Assembly (NCBI GenBank): GCA_036172245.1
Contig: JAYWIR010000035.1
Span: 248,001-312,000 of the forward strand
Length of the DNA: 64,000 bases
Direction: 5' to 3'
From: Raillietiella orientalis
Taxonomy: Eukaryota
The notes under the pieces were generated by a model that was not told where the DNA came from, did no database searches, and saw only the letters and a list, made by a program, of their open reading frames with translations. The translations under genes and the position numbers were made by a program. Positions 50,385 through 64,000 of the stretch are shown here, piece by piece; positions within the stretch are counted from its first letter, which is position 1, and every line of letters begins with the position of its first letter.

Positions 50385-53009
50385 AGTCAATAAGCTTCAC
50401 CTGAACCTCAGTAAGCCTTCTTCAGGGCTAGCTGCTTGGGTTCCTTTTCCCCTTGCTTCTTAGATTCCTGGTCCTCCTCGCTTTTCTCCTTCGCTTTCTA
50501 TCTTTCTTCCTGGTTTCTCTTCTTGTTCCGTTCATCTTCCAGTTTCTTGAATAGCTTCCTTGCTTCCTTGATAGCTTTTTCCTCTCCCTTTCTGAGTTCT
50601 TTGCTCTCCTTCTCTTCGGGAGTGAGCTTTCTTTTGAAGAACAAGGTGGCTTCTGCGTGCTTGCTGGAACTTTTCCCAGCAGTCAGGGAGTTGTCAGCAA
50701 CAGGTTCCGGTCCGGTCTCCCTGATCCCCGCTTCCTCCACTCCATTCACCTCACGCTTGCCTTTCTTCGAAGAGAACCAATGCCACCTTTTCGACTTTGG
50801 TTCCCTCCCGGAAGGCTCAGTGCTTGCCGGCGGCCACTCGTTCCCTGAAAAATTGTCAAAATCAATCTATTTTAAATTCCTCGCCAGGTCAAAACATGCT
50901 TGCATCTCAGGACCGCCTCACTTTGCGTGTCAGCAGCTTTCCAATGTTGTGCCTCATATCGGAAGGGTTTGTAATTCGAAGACCCCAAAACATCGAAGTA
51001 CGTTGTCAAGAACGTGACTTCACTATGTACACGCCAGTTTATCTTCCTATTTGTTTGGTTTCGCATAATTAAAATTCGAGGATAAATTGTTTTCTTGACT
51101 CTTGCATTTTCTTGCTTCATTTCTTTTTTGTTGACATCTACCAACCCTATAAAATGACAAAGGTATTCCACCCAGATTTCAAGATCTGCAAAGTCGTCCT
51201 AGGAAAGGTTTGGGAAACGCTGGCCCAGGATGATGATGGAAATCCTTTTTCGGTTTTATTTCTCTGCTTTCCCTTCCAGTGGGTTCTTTCCCTTCTTCTT
51301 AAAAGGCTATATTTTAGGAAGCGAAGAAAAGAGTGCCAAGAGGTAAATTTGTTGCAAGTGTTGTTCAGATCCTCTGATAGGAACTTTTGTTTTCGTCTTC
51401 AACGAGGAACCACCTGCTCTTGAGTTGTTGCTTGTTGTTGTGTGTGTTTTCGATCTCATCAAACGGTACGAAGTTTCGTGAATGCGGAATTTTTTTTTTA
51501 ATAGGACGAGGTGATGTCCCTTTTTTTATGCTGGACTTATGAATAAGCAAGCTGCTTACACATACGTGTTTCTCTACTAGATCACGTTCCTTCTTCGTTT
51601 CGGGATCAAGCTGGGAAACTGACCGCATTATTCAGGTTACTCTCGACACATCCATTGCGTTTTTTCTCTCATGCATGCAATCTGAATTATGAGAAAAAAT
51701 AGGTCAATCGATATTTGCAGTGATCCCTTTTGATTTCTGGTCACTTACTCCATCATCAAATCAATGGGAACCACTAAAGTGGCTTATGTTTCCATTCACT
51801 TCATCGTCACTGAATAGATCGGTCTCTCTTTTCTTGTTAAGGTTTATTTAGACAGCGCAACACATTCGAACCGGAAGTGAATTTCTCAGCAGGCAAAGTG
51901 ATGTGTGTCATCATCAGCAAAGGTCACGAACGCTCACTTTTGTGGCGCGAATCCCGGAATCTTCGAATCACGTATTCAGCTGTTTCAGTCACCCCTAAAA
52001 GTCTATTTAGATGAAAATAAGAGTCATTGGTGCGCTTTGGATCTAATCGGAAGCTTTTCCTACAAGTGTGCCGAAAACGATTTTCCTTCCTAAACTCGTG
52101 GAGTCGTTTGCATGCCAGTCTTGTTCCCCCCCATTAGTTTTCGATGAGGACGGGATGGTACTTCCTGTGTTTGTGATTTTTGAGACGGTTGTCGTTGAAA
52201 CAGAGGCTGCTTTCAGTACTGAAATCTCCCCGAATATGCTGATGAGAACATTTCCCGTGATGACATAGTGTTGATCTAAGATGCAAAAGTGGCGTTCGCC
52301 TCATAAACGAGATGGATGTAGCAATTATCCTGCATGCTAAAAAGCAAAAGTATACAGAAACGAATCTCAGTTTGCGTAGATGTCTTTCTGCTGTGTCCAC
52401 TAAAATGTCCCTTTGATGCGAACCGTCTTTGGAAAATGCTTGGAAATAACAAATTCAATGCTTGAAACGGACTAATGAGTCATCAGATGTGCCGTTGAGT
52501 TCCTATAGAATTTAAACCAAGGTTTTTAGATGATTCATAACTGAGATAAAATACGTAGTTTTTATCTCATCAAAAATTTTCATCTTCTTATTTCCATTTT
52601 GAATACGAGATTATCGTGTGCTGTCTATAAAGATCATTAGCGTTCAGAACATCTCCGCGAGTGGTAAAAACAAATGTATAGAAAATATGAGGTAACCGAA
52701 ATATATGGCGCATTTATTCGAATGGAAATTTGTTCGTTTTTCAAGGATATTTTGCTTTCCCCAGTCCGACTCGCAGTGGGGTGGATTTTATTCTTTCCTT
52801 TTACAAATCCAAAAGGTAACCGTTCAACAAGTCTATCGAAACCCTACACTCTTTTTCGGCAGAATCTGGAATATCCATCAGACCATGGTAGTTTTGCCCC
52901 TTTCTGAGGAGTAGGTGGTTGGGGTGGGAGTTGAAGTGGGTGGGAGGGAAGCGATGAGGAGAAAGGGGGAAGGAGGGAATTCCTTCTTCCAGCGTATGGT
53001 ATTCAGCCC

Positions 53010-53470
53010 TTGCACCGACTTGTTGCTCTGCTTCCCGTATTCTTAGAATGCACTGTAAACCCGGGAATCCATGCTGTCACCCCACTGCAGTTTCGAATCG
53101 CTATTTCCTTACGGAGGGGTTCCATTAGGATTTGGCTAGCTGGAACCTGCACACCGCTTCGAAGCTTTGTCCTCCGAATGAGGATGCTCGAATGAAAAAG
53201 ACCAGAATGATCCCTGGGGCTAGACAATGGAAAAACTCTCTCTCCTTGGAGGGTCTCAAGTTCCGACCGCTCTTGCAGGTCCATTGCTTGTTTGACCACT
53301 CTCCAGTCATCGGAGAGGGTTCTGCAAGTGTATATGTGGGGTGGGCCTCCTAGTCTCCCGCATGCAGGGCTGTTTACGTAGTCCGGGTTTCCGGACCGAC
53401 GTCGAATCCTTGTGTACCGCACAGGATCCCCTGTGATGCAGCATCAGGAGACAGACTTGGCTCTCTGATG
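53010..53470 (-). mobile_element. Degenerate Gypsy integrase core and C-terminus
   Basis: In order: FDVGPE (cf. SDNGPQF), TSNGPARAVGT (cf. SNGxAERAVxT), PASQILM (cf. SPAELLM) and RNCSGVTAWIPG (cf. RNYxxGxKWxPG). Confidence 0.6.
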
Positions 53471-54169
53471 GCAGTTGGGATCTCCAAAAAAACAGCCACT
53501 ATGGTCCGCAGATATTTTGAATGGAAATTTTTGGATAATCGTGAAAACATCAAATCCAAACCACTTAAGTCACTTGAAGATCCTCGATACGAAACACTTG
53601 AAGATGGGAAGAAAAAAAAAAAAGCAGTGAGATTATAAGTCTTATAATGCATTCTACTGCAATAAATTTTTATGACTTAGTTAAAAAATCACAATTACTT
53701 ATTACCGGAATTCATTTTTCGTAATGAAAAATCTAGGACTTTAGAAAATCTGGAGATGGTGCACACATGCCATCTTTCGGTAAACAGTTCTTTATCATCT
53801 TGGCTTGTACCTAGGCCATTGCCACTTGTAAACAATGTTGCTGAGTTGTGATGTTGCAATGCATCTTAAGGTCTCTTTACTCACACGAGTCTTTTTACTC
53901 ACACGCACCGGTATTAGTGTGTTTAAATGTCCAATGCTGTCCCACAGTGATGCTCACAAGATGAAGAGACGATTTCGGATTGCATCAGCACTTTGCTTCC
54001 ATTTTTCCATTAAGCCGTTGGCTGTTTCGAAAGAAAAGAAAAAAAAAAAACTTTCATTCTAAAGACTGTTGTCTCCAGCAGCTGTCGCTGACGGCAACGA
54101 AAGCATCCGGGAAGAAGAAATGTTCTTCATTTTCCAAACCAATTTTTTTTTTTGGTCGTTGAAGAGTAG

Positions 54170-54800
54170 AGTTACCAAATCCTGAAGAGACATTGGTGCA
54201 TTATGATTTGCCGCAGGAATCAATGTCTGTCATTCCAATCCGTTAGGAACGATCACAGTCTTCCCATGCAACCCAGATTTTGCTTTTGCCTGGAGTTTTT
54301 TTGGTCATCTTTTGAAACTCCTGCACACCTGACGTATGTTGATAAGCTTTTTGGAAGCAGAAAATTGCTGGCCAAAAAGAATTGTGCAATAGTTGGAAGC
54401 ATCCGTTGCCAGGGGGATTCAATCAAAGGGAAACACAGGCAGGCCACTCTTAGTGCGAAGTAGAATGGTGCGATCGTATGAATGCAAACCGAACCGAAAC
54501 TCGGTCGGCCTGGGAAGCTAAGGTCTTTAGGTTCCCGTTAGAGTTTTAGTTTAGATAAGAAGAACAGGAGATTGCTCAAATTACGGGAGATAATACCATT
54601 GCTTTAACGGAGTCCTTGAAAAATCGCAGCAGAGATGGAACAGAAAATGCTCACCATGGATGGCGGACAAACAACCTCAAACAAGATGAGCGAAGTGTGG
54701 AAGCGCACTTTGCCAGGTTGTTATAGCAACTTCGAGGGGAAAAGTGTTCCAGAAGGAATAACCCACTATCGGAAGAGCACTTGGATTTGATTAATTAGAA
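54170..54800 (+). mobile_element. Possible degenerate Gypsy pol fragment
   Basis: TLVHYDLP, QKEL/AIVG and NKMSEVWKRTLPG resemble RNase H and integrase Zn-finger motifs. Weak. Confidence 0.3.
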
Positions 54801-54994
54801 AACGAACCGCTCGGGAACCACTCAGCTGACATTCGAAGGAATTGGATGATAATAATCTGTTTTTGATCAACGGAGAGCATTTGGAGAGGCTGAGAACGAT
54901 GCGGAAGAATGTGGTAATGTGCAAATGGGAATGAGAAGACATGTTTCAGGCTATAGAAGTTGTGGAACAAAAAAAAAAAAAGAATTGTAGGTGC

Positions 54995-55125
54995 GGATCC
55001 AAAGCTCGATCGAAGACATGCAAGTTTGGCGAGATATCGATGAGGCATTCTGCGTCTACAAACGTCTGTATGAAGATTTGAAGGAAAGCAAAAGACTCAG
55101 AGTCTACGTTGATGAAATATTTCGA
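54995..55125 (+). mobile_element. Tigger/pogo-like transposase C-terminal remnant
   Basis: DPKLDR/MQVWRDIDEAFCVYKRLYEDLK, with one frameshift, resembles the Tigger tail DPNxERSxxVxRxxxxxxxCYxxxYxEKK. Confidence 0.4.
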
Positions 55126-56499
55126 GAGTCAATACTTTTGTCGGTTTGCAAGATCGCCCTCGTGGGTAACATGTGGGATTTGTTTTGCCTTTGTTTTGCT
55201 CTACACAGCTACCCTGCCACTTTATTAATTGTAAATTTGGATTTTCAAGCAGACTCTTTTTCGTTTTTTATTGTAACATTTCGTTAAGTAGCACATAAAA
55301 TTCATCTTTAAAATTTTTCGTCTCCTGTTTCGGTAGCCAATGGCACATTTTGCATATAGTTATGTGTTCGGATGGTGCGACAGTTTCGTGGAACGAAGTG
55401 TCCACACGAATCGCGACCTGACCGTAGTTTTCGTGCTCACAATGCATTCTCGTACGGTATAACTCCTCGGTCAGGTCGGTGTTCTGTATTCTGAGAATTT
55501 TCGGTTACTTCGAATAAATATTTTGACTATTCTGTGAGAACAAATAAAGGATTTCTTCAGACGGTCGGGCCATTAACAACTGTAGTCAACTTTAATTGCA
55601 TCTTCACGGTGATGACCTTCGAGTGCTAATGCATTCGAATACATAGGCTTTTATGGTCTTTGGACAGTTGTTATTCGCATTTTTTTTTTTTTATCTTACA
55701 ATACATGTTGATGGGGGATTCCCACTTTCTTTTCAGTGTGGTACTCCCCTACATTAAATCTTCGGGAGGCTGTAATTAGCTGGTCCTCCATTACTTGGAA
55801 GAACTTCGGCACATGATTCTATGATGCAGTCTGTATTCAGTCACTGGGAACACGAATGCTCACTGTTCTGTGTGCTCTGGAGGCAGCAAAAACCCATCTG
55901 ATCTGAAATACGGAATCCAAAAATTAGACCTCACGTTTAATTTCAAACTCTTTGAATCTGGTGATTTTGATGCAGAATACTTCTGTGCTCACTCTTACTT
56001 TTACAGCTGAAATTAGTCTGCAAAGGGAAACCTTCCACAATCTTTGATATTTTGTTTTTCCACTTCATCAGATGAGGGTGAGCACACTTCGAAATTAGTG
56101 ACGCTAGATTAGCATCATTTTACAGATCGCCTATCGCATCTCGATGCCTTTCTGCTACCGCCTCTTCCAGTTCTTCTGTGACTTTCATTTTCTTTGATGG
56201 GTCTCCAAACAGGCTTATCTGGCAGTAGGCTTCGCAGTAGAATTAAGAATCGAAAAGATTCTTAACCAGGTTTCAAACAGGTTTAGGAATTTCTTTCCGA
56301 TTTTAAAAAATACTCTAGGAGAAGAAATTTTTCTATAGCTGAATTGGAGCAAATTTTCAAATATTTGAAATGCACAGTATTCTAAAATTCAGCATTTCGT
56401 GGCTCAAATTCCTCAGAAGAAAGAACTCATTTACGAATCCATTGGCTTGTTTGCGTGAGTCTGTCGTTTTTTCCTGATTTCTTATGTACATTCTTTTCG

Positions 56500-58050
56500 A
56501 AAGTCAATTTAAGGATCTTTCTCCATGTCTTGATGAATGAAAACTAGTTCCAAGGCTTGGAGAAATGCTACATTGGTGCCCATCACACCAGAGTATTTTT
56601 GATTACATTGGATGGGATAATTTAGAAAAGACTGGAAATGAAAACATAGTTTCCACTTTGAATCGTTTCCCATGGTCAACCTAGTTCAAGTTCATTGAAA
56701 AGCAGAGCTCAGCTCCTGTAGCCTGCGACCATAACACCGTGTGATCTTCTGGTTCGAATACCCTTTTGCTTTTGTAGTCCATCAAGAATTCTCGAAATAC
56801 AAGGAAGAGAAAGAACATATTCGTGGATGTGGAATGATTTCCGTTCTTTGTCCCTGTGGATTTCTTTTATGATGTTTCTTTTATTTACCTCCTGTCTTCA
56901 TGTTTCCCAAGCTGCTCTTCCGGATTTTGAGGTTGTTGTTCGTTGGTTCCCTAGCGTCATCTACAGAAGCAAAGATGATTCTCACAAATTACGACAAGTT
57001 TCCATTCTCCCCCCGTTGTGACAGTTTCTAAGTCGTGTTCCAAAAATGTGTTCTCTCTGTTCTGGAACTGCTATCTATCCCGATGTATTGTTTCTCCTCT
57101 ATCTGGTAGTTCCCGAGATTCGAATCTTACTCGTTGAGTCAAGTTACACAGAGGTACATCCGTGTTGAGACTGACCAGGACTGACGAAATTATAAGCTAG
57201 AAATTATAACTATTTATGACTTTTCATGCTTCGTATAAGCAGCTTTCCAGCGCGTCTCCCTGATTGGTAATCTCATGTATGTTTCGTAATGCCTGTTAAA
57301 AGATAAGCAAAAGTGCCATCATGGAGCAACCATGGGACATCAGGAACTGATACTGGCTAGCTTTCTTATCGAGTCCACAGCACTAGAAGAGGCAGTGAGT
57401 TGAGGCTCTAACTTTGTTGAGTTCGATTAATGAGGACTACCTCCAGTGAAAAAAACGCACGAATCATCCTCAAATGAGTGCATTTCCGATTCTGACTCCT
57501 TGTGGGTCGTTCTTATTCGTTTGGCTTCCTGCAACCCTATGAGCACACTTGAGGTACTTGCTCAGGAAGAACCTCAAGTGGGACATCTCAGCAGGCAACC
57601 AGGATACAGAGAGAGCTAAGATTCCTTAAAACAAACAGCACACCATAACAGTAAATTGCCGTTTCCACTGAAACGTTGGGGATGAACTTTACGTTTTGCA
57701 GAGTACGGGTTTCTGGGAATTTTTCTTCGGTCTTAACCCGCAACACGGATGAGGTCCCCTGGAAAGAAAGATTTAGATTTCACCATGACCTGGGAGGGTC
57801 CTTTCGTTTCTGCCAGGCTACATATCAGTGATGTCGGTCCTGAGACTCGATACTTGCCGAAGCAGCGTTCAGCTCAAGAGGGCATTGAGATATGAGCCGA
57901 TGCAGGAGAAGGGTTTACAAGCGTCCAGCCAGAACGCGATGCAGCTCTACTCTTGGGTCTCTCGCTTACTCGACCAAACAACAAACAAGCAGGAAACGCA
58001 TTTCCTTCCTCTGAAGACATCCATGATAACGACAACAAGAAGAAGCTGTC
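56500..58050. mobile_element. Two degenerate Gypsy integrase fragments in opposite orientation (~56500-56800 -, ~57250-58050 +)
   Basis: Minus strand: GLQKQK..TVLWS and PWETIQSGNYVF. Plus strand: IMEQPWDI/GTD and FGFLQP. Highly eroded. Confidence 0.35.
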
Positions 58051-58219
58051 TTGTTGTTTAGTAGACAAATGCGTTTCGGAATTCCTTTTTAACATTTTGC
58101 ACTTTTTGTTTTAACAGTCACCCTATTTAGATGTCTTCAGGTGAACCTTCAGGTGAACAGCTGAACCTTCAGACTCGGACGCGAAAACGATACATTCTCA
58201 CCTTCTCCCTCCTAAAAAG

Positions 58220-58700
58220 TTCGTGACCCTTCTCCTGTTCTGGGAAGAGTTCTATTGGAGCAAATTTTGGATCGATTGCTTCGGTATTCCGAGGATATTC
58301 ACTAATTCATAACGTGATAGTTCATAACCTTGGATCTTTCATGCACATCTTAACCTTGGATCTTTCATGCACATCTGGTGTGCTGCCATACCGAATACTG
58401 GGAATCCAGAAGGGTTTCTGGTGATTACTCTGCACTGATGACTGCAAGCTCATCATGCTGGAATCATCAACCCGTGTTCATCATGTTTTGCTGCTGTTCA
58501 TGACTCATATGCAATCTGAGTTGAAGAAAAGTCATGCTTGATGGAGTCACGTATCTTGTGCATGTGGGCGCATGGCTATTTCTTTGCAGGAGAACTACCT
58601 TGGTCCATTTCGTGCTTTGACTGATCTGACTATTTGGAAAGTGATTGAATTTACTACGAAAGAGAAGGAACTTTAAAAGGCAGATTCCATCATTCACTGA
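58220..58700 (+). mobile_element. Degenerate non-LTR (CR1/Jockey-like) reverse transcriptase fragment
   Basis: PVLGRVLLEQILDRLL (cf. SGVPQGSVLGP), LCTDDCKLI (cf. LFADDCKL) and LVHVG occur in the expected order. Confidence 0.45.
58325..58376. repeat. Perfect 26-bp tandem duplication
   Basis: TAACCTTGGATCTTTCATGCACATCT x2. Confidence 0.95.
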
Positions 58701-58749
58701 ATCGGACGATACTTGCAAGCATTCCTGCAAGAGAACTCCCGAGAGGATG

Positions 58750-59650
58750 CCCTTTCTTGAAACGGAAATGTTCCATTAGCATGGCTCCTTGCCAAGGTGA
58801 GCCGACTCACAATCTTGCGATTTTTTCCGAGATCGAACCACCCCTGAGATCGAACCAATGCGGTAAAGGACATCTGAAGGCAGGCAATACTTTGCAGACA
58901 CAACGACGACTCTATTTGTGCTGCCATGATCGGTGTTAGTGCAACTCTGTGAACGTCCAATAGTGGTTTTGAAGTCAAACTCATACACTAACTCCCAGAT
59001 ATCCTATCTTAATCCGCAACTTAGTTAAGGACGTGTTCACCATCCTCGAAAACCAAAGCGCACCTTCTTTAGCAATTTCCATGCTTGCAATAAGTGACGC
59101 AAATTCATCACAAGATGTAGGCAGGACGGACGCTCCTCACCTTGGAAATTTCGCAAACACGAAGCAAAATCCTATTATCTCAGATCATCTAGATTCATCT
59201 TGCGCCTGTGCTTGATCTTGAGAAATCAAAAAGTGTTACTGCGTTTTTATCAGTCCGAGCCAGCGCAGTGAAAAATACGTTGCTAGGCGCCGGGAGTGTC
59301 GGAGAAGTCGTCAATGGTCGGATTGAATTGTTCCTCACGTACAGCGGTTCGACGCATATGGGTTTTCGGGATCATCTTTCTTCCGTTGTACCTTTTTCTA
59401 ACTCTAGTGTGGTGAATGCAATACTTCCGTATCGGAGAGCATCTTTCATAGCTCCAAGGAGTCAAGAAGGAATAGAATACTTTTTTTCAAGCACATCCGA
59501 GTGCAATCTTCGTCCTGCACTCCATTGCCCTCATTGAAATTCTTCTGTCTCTGGAACGAACCACCATCTTAAAAATCCACGAACGTACTGTGGTGAAGGT
59601 ACTTGAACGTTCCAAGCACACTGAACCTTCAACTCTACAGTCCCTGTTTC
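58750..59650 (-). mobile_element. Degenerate Gypsy RT-RNase H fragment
   Basis: In order: eroded RT end, GEERP, EIAKEGAL (cf. IEKEALA), LTSKPLLDV...PIMAA (cf. TDHKPLL...PxxAA) and VSRL. Confidence 0.55.
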
Positions 59651-62159
59651 GGATGCAGGATGACGAGATCATTGGTGGACGATAATTAATGGAAAACCTG
59701 TCCTTAAACCCAAACTGTTGGGACCAGTGGGCTCTTGAGAAGGGGAAAGTAATTCACCCAATGGGAATAAGAATTGGATTTCCTTCTTTTCATCCTGAGG
59801 CACATTTTCGGGATCATGTTAGAAAGGAAAAGAGGATATGGAATGTTGTCATCTTTGCGAAAAGGGCCAGCATTGGGATTTTGTGCATTCAAATTAAGTT
59901 AACTCGAAATGAATCGAAAATCTCATTCTAAAAAAAAAGATAAATTACATTTGCCTTAGCGCTTGAGAATATATATATATATAATTATTTTTGATATATA
60001 TCTACAATTATTATAACTTATGTGCAGTTGTTATGCCTCAGTATCCACAACTATTTACATGCAATTATTTTTCAAGAATTTGCGCATACATTTTGATTTT
60101 GGCTCGTAAAATGTTTATGCAAATTCAAACACCATGGGAATTTCATTGAAATCGTAATGACAGTTTCCACCCAGAATGTTCCTCGGAGGTGGACGAGGCG
60201 GTCTCTGAAACAGATTGCTTTCGTGCCACTTGTTAAACAAAAGGAAGGTAACTTTACAAATTTTCATCCATAATTCGAGCAACAGGATGCAAAAGAGGAG
60301 AATGTTTCCCAGGTCGCCGAAAATGGGGTCTTCAGAGAACTTTTTAAGCGAGTTCTTTTCCCTTGGAGGAGCACTTGCAGCTGAAACGGACTGGGGGCAA
60401 GTGAAACCCAGTTTCGGGTTATCACCTGCGCAAATCATTTCTTCTCAGTCGAGTTGGGTTGGGTTGCCTGTCTGATTTCCACCCGGGTTTCGCCGGGGCG
60501 TTTATTATAAAAAAAAAAAACTTCAACACGTGCTGTGGCTGGACCAGTGCTCCAGCCACTCCCGAAGAAACACAGAGCCTGCCGGGTCACCGGTTTGCAG
60601 ACCGGTACGGTCCACCAAGGCAGGGCTCCTGTTCGACAACCCAATGGAAGAAACCGGAAACTTCTTGAAGATGATGCGTCTTAAACTCGATTATTTTTTT
60701 TTTCTTTTCTTCCTGCGCAGCTTTGTATCTTCCCGATTTCCCGTTTGTGGTCGACAAAAGATGAGCTAGAACTCTTCTAATTAACACATTTTTTTTTTAC
60801 CGGGAGCCGATAATTAGGCTTTCCGATGCCAACGCCTATTGACTGATGGCCGATTTTTAGGCTCTTCGGTTGCCGAGGTCTACCCGTCAGAAAGATCTGT
60901 TAAATTTTCAGTAAAGCATTCATATTTTACTCTGACTTGTACGTAACTGTACAATGATCCCTCCATTTCTCTACAGATTTAAAAAATTTTGACCGTTTAC
61001 AATGGATGTTTGTAAACATCTTAATGTTCCGTTACACGAGGGCAATGGTTATGAGCTCTGTCACACTTTAAGGAAATATTAAAAAAAAATTGTCAGCAAT
61101 TTTGCTTATTGTATGTTATAATTCAATGTCATATAACATATGTATGACATTATGTATGACGATATTATTAAGCTTTACAATAGGCACGTACGCCCCCGCG
61201 AGGTAGCTCAAACCGAGCCGGTACTGGAGACTCATCAGGCCCAACCGAGTCGGTTGTTATTGAGTGGCGACAGCAGAACATGAGCCGTGGACAGAATATC
61301 AAGCAGTGCAAACCAAGATGGAATTTCTCCGAAGGACCGCCTGTCCAAATTATAGTCTTCCTCATTCAATTTATAAAGTGGCGTACTTAGTTGACTTCCA
61401 TGGAAGCAACAGGTGTACAGAAAGTAGAATAAATGGGGGCAAAATCACCTAGGACTATAGGTCCAAGGGTATATTTGTTCATGATCTGCTACCTGAGATC
61501 TATCTTACAAAAACGGTGGCTTTTCAAGACATCTAACTGTCATCAACTGTTATAACCTTCATGACGACCGGAGACTAACAGCAAAGAGGTGGTTAGCTGT
61601 TGTCTAGTTTTCCTTTCTGACAGGTCGACTGCTGCTTCGCGTGACTTGCATTTCCAGAAGGCACGATAGGAGCAAAAGATGGAATTCTAGATGGAAAAGA
61701 GCTCTCCCTGCTTTCCTGCTATTTGCTTCGATGCTGTTCATACCATCAGCAATCCCGTCACCGCTTCTTTTTTTTTTTTTTTCAATCTCATGTGAAAGAA
61801 AGCAGGGTCTGAATCGCTGTTAGGGCAGTCGAAGATTCAGAATTTATCCAATTTGTAGTGCCACCAGTAACAAAAAACTATTTATTTATTTATTTTTTTC
61901 TGACCTCTGCAAAACCTGAAACTTGCCTTGGTTTTGAGACATGGAATTTGACTCATGGGAAGCTAGAAGAAGGTGCTTCAAGTTTTCAACGTTTTGCCTT
62001 AAGAGTACGAGGCATCCAAGAAACAAGGGGTATGAGAACGACTGAAAGAATTGAAAAGAAAGAAAAACATTGCCCTTTAAATCATATAATAATCACTTCG
62101 ACTGCCTAGGGCAGCCTAGTCACTTTAAGTAACATGAATGATGAGTAGTAAGCATGAAT

Positions 62160-63800
62160 GAAAGAATGCCATGGGTAAAATCTCTGTTGTTGCTTGCTGG
62201 AGACCTGTAATGAATTTGCAAGCCTCAACTGTCATGCAGAACCACTCTGTGGTCCGATATGAAAAAAGAAATTCAAGATAAAGAACGATTAAAAAAAATT
62301 ATTGCATATTTGAGGCCTTTATCAGAGTATTGCAGTGTTTCGATGGTCTGCCATAGAGATTCGGAGACTTCCGGATCGCGCAGTCATCGAGACCTTTTCG
62401 CAATTGTCCGAAAACTTCTTGGAATCCTTCTTGAAGATTTCAAAAAATGATGAGTAGTTGGTTTCATATACCGTCCCAATCTCTTTGCTTCTCCCCTATA
62501 ATTGTTCCACGTTTATGAATGCAATTTTTTAACGAAGGAAACTCATTTCCAATTTTTTTTTTTTCATTCGGTTTCCTTCGAGCCCTTTGCCAGCACTGAC
62601 AGCTAGAGTTGGATACTTAACTAACAGTTGGACCCTTGAAATCAGGAGGCATTCGTGTAACGTAGAAAAAGAAAAATACCAATAAAAAAAAGAAATTAGT
62701 TATTCTCAATTTTAAATTAAAAGAGCTGCTATTCGTTGTACATAAGGCTATGGCTCGCAGCGCATCCCTTGAATGGACATGCAGCCCGTTGCCACAAATA
62801 AGTGGTCTGTCTGATAATGTTCTGCGGAAGAATGCCATTTTCTGTGTTTGAGTTCAATGACGTGTCTGTTCATGACGTAATCATCCGAGATCCTGAGTAC
62901 CGTCATAAACACTTGGCATACATGGGAAACAGACTAATCAGGTCAAACCTGAGTGTGGAGAACTGGAGGCCAGCTCAGTTTTCTGTCTTCGCTGAAGAAC
63001 CCTGAAGCCTGAAGACACCTCAAGCGGTTGTGTCGCGGGTGCCTCAGGATTTTTTTCTTTCCTTGATTTGCCTTTTCCTCGATTCTAACAAGATTTGTCA
63101 GAGGCGCGATTATTATCTGATTTTCACGAGTTATTTATTCTCATCTATAAAGTGGAAAATCCATCTAACCGTCCAGCGATCGGATTTGATTTAATTCCGT
63201 CACAAATTCTTTCGTATCAGCTGCAAGTCAATTTACGGCCGTATGAACTCAGATTTCAATAAATAAATGCAACAGATGTAAATTCGCTAAAAATTCCAAA
63301 GTTCCAAAATAAGCAATTACTACGTATTTCTAAAGGGGGGGGGGGAGGGAAGAGCATATTTAGAATTATGTATAATTAATAAGTTCTGAATGAAATCAGT
63401 ATTCTTGTGAGAACATCAAGCCTTGCTGGTTGACTTTCTGACCTTTGGAGAATCTGTGAAATAGATTGGTTATCACGAAACTGCGAACCTACGTGATTCA
63501 GTTCACCATAGAACGAGATCCCGAATGATGGATGTATCTGCCATCCTAGCATCGTTGCACGCTCATAGATGAAGATTCAGCTCACCAACTCTCCTTCACT
63601 TGGTGTTCGACAACACTGATGCCATGCTTGTCATGCGAAACACTAGGAAAACTTCACAGAAGATCCGTCGTTCGAACTCTAGCTGCTTCCGGGATCTCAA
63701 TGCGTTCATCATCGTTCATCATTTGTGCGTCGGGAATGGACTTCGAGAAGAGTTTGCTAGATGAAGCTTCCCAAATTCTTGAACGAGTGCCACACATTGT
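62160..63800. mobile_element. Cluster of degenerate Gypsy integrase fragments (~62160-62450 +, ~62740-62990 -, ~63420-63800 -)
   Basis: RTTLWSDMKKEIQD; IELK..GI/PQNI/SD..NGLH; DDERIEIPEAARVRTTDLL (cf. RIVIPxxxRxxILxxLH). Confidence 0.45.
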
Positions 63801-64000
63801 TTTTCAAGGCCAATATTGCAAGTTTGGGTTGCATATTTTTTACTTTTTTTTCCTGGTGAGATGTGAAGTAAGCAAGACTTTTCCTCGAGGTGCTCAACAG
63901 AGCTTAACCAGAACAGAGAGCAAGAGCAGGTTTAGATGCGTAAGGGCAGCTGATTGGTAGACGGAGGCAGGATATTTGAGATTCTGATTTGCATTTCCGC

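Noticed and set aside
50436..51017. 193-aa hydrophobic plus-strand ORF as a membrane protein
   Set aside because: The F/L/S richness is the antisense shadow of the K/E-rich minus-strand frame.
61200..61260. Hammerhead ribozyme on the minus strand (CTGATGAG)
   Set aside because: There is no stem II followed by GAAA, so the catalytic core is incomplete. The same applies to look-alikes near 5050, 7305 and 63010.
1..64000. CRISPR arrays, operons, rRNA genes
   Set aside because: The sequence is intron-containing eukaryotic DNA. No repeat-spacer array or conserved rRNA core was seen.

Overview
Eukaryotic genomic DNA, probably arthropod (inferred from gene content and 42-59 nt GT-AG mini-introns), mostly AT-rich. 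Five protein-coding genes were reconstructed by hand: the 5' half of a Piwi/Aubergine-clade Argonaute (-, runs off the left edge), an 11-exon SLC5 sodium:solute symporter (-), ZNHIT6/BCD1 (-), an intronless ATG10 CDS (+) and a mitochondrial-type alanyl-tRNA synthetase AARS2 (-). The intergenic DNA contains decayed DNA transposons (hAT, piggyBac, pogo-like). From about 46.7 kb to the end it is dense in degenerate Gypsy and LINE fragments. A ~7 kb GC/CpG-rich island (24.1-31.4 kb) carries orphan ORFs and a retropepsin-like motif. The most unusual signal is a ~500-600 nt element present in two diverged, inverted copies (25720-26210 - and 48050-48645 +). Each has a tRNA-like Pol III A/B-box head followed by GC-rich hairpins, several with UUCG loops. 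It is a candidate undescribed structured RNA or SINE-like family. All homology calls come from motif recognition by eye, without database searches.
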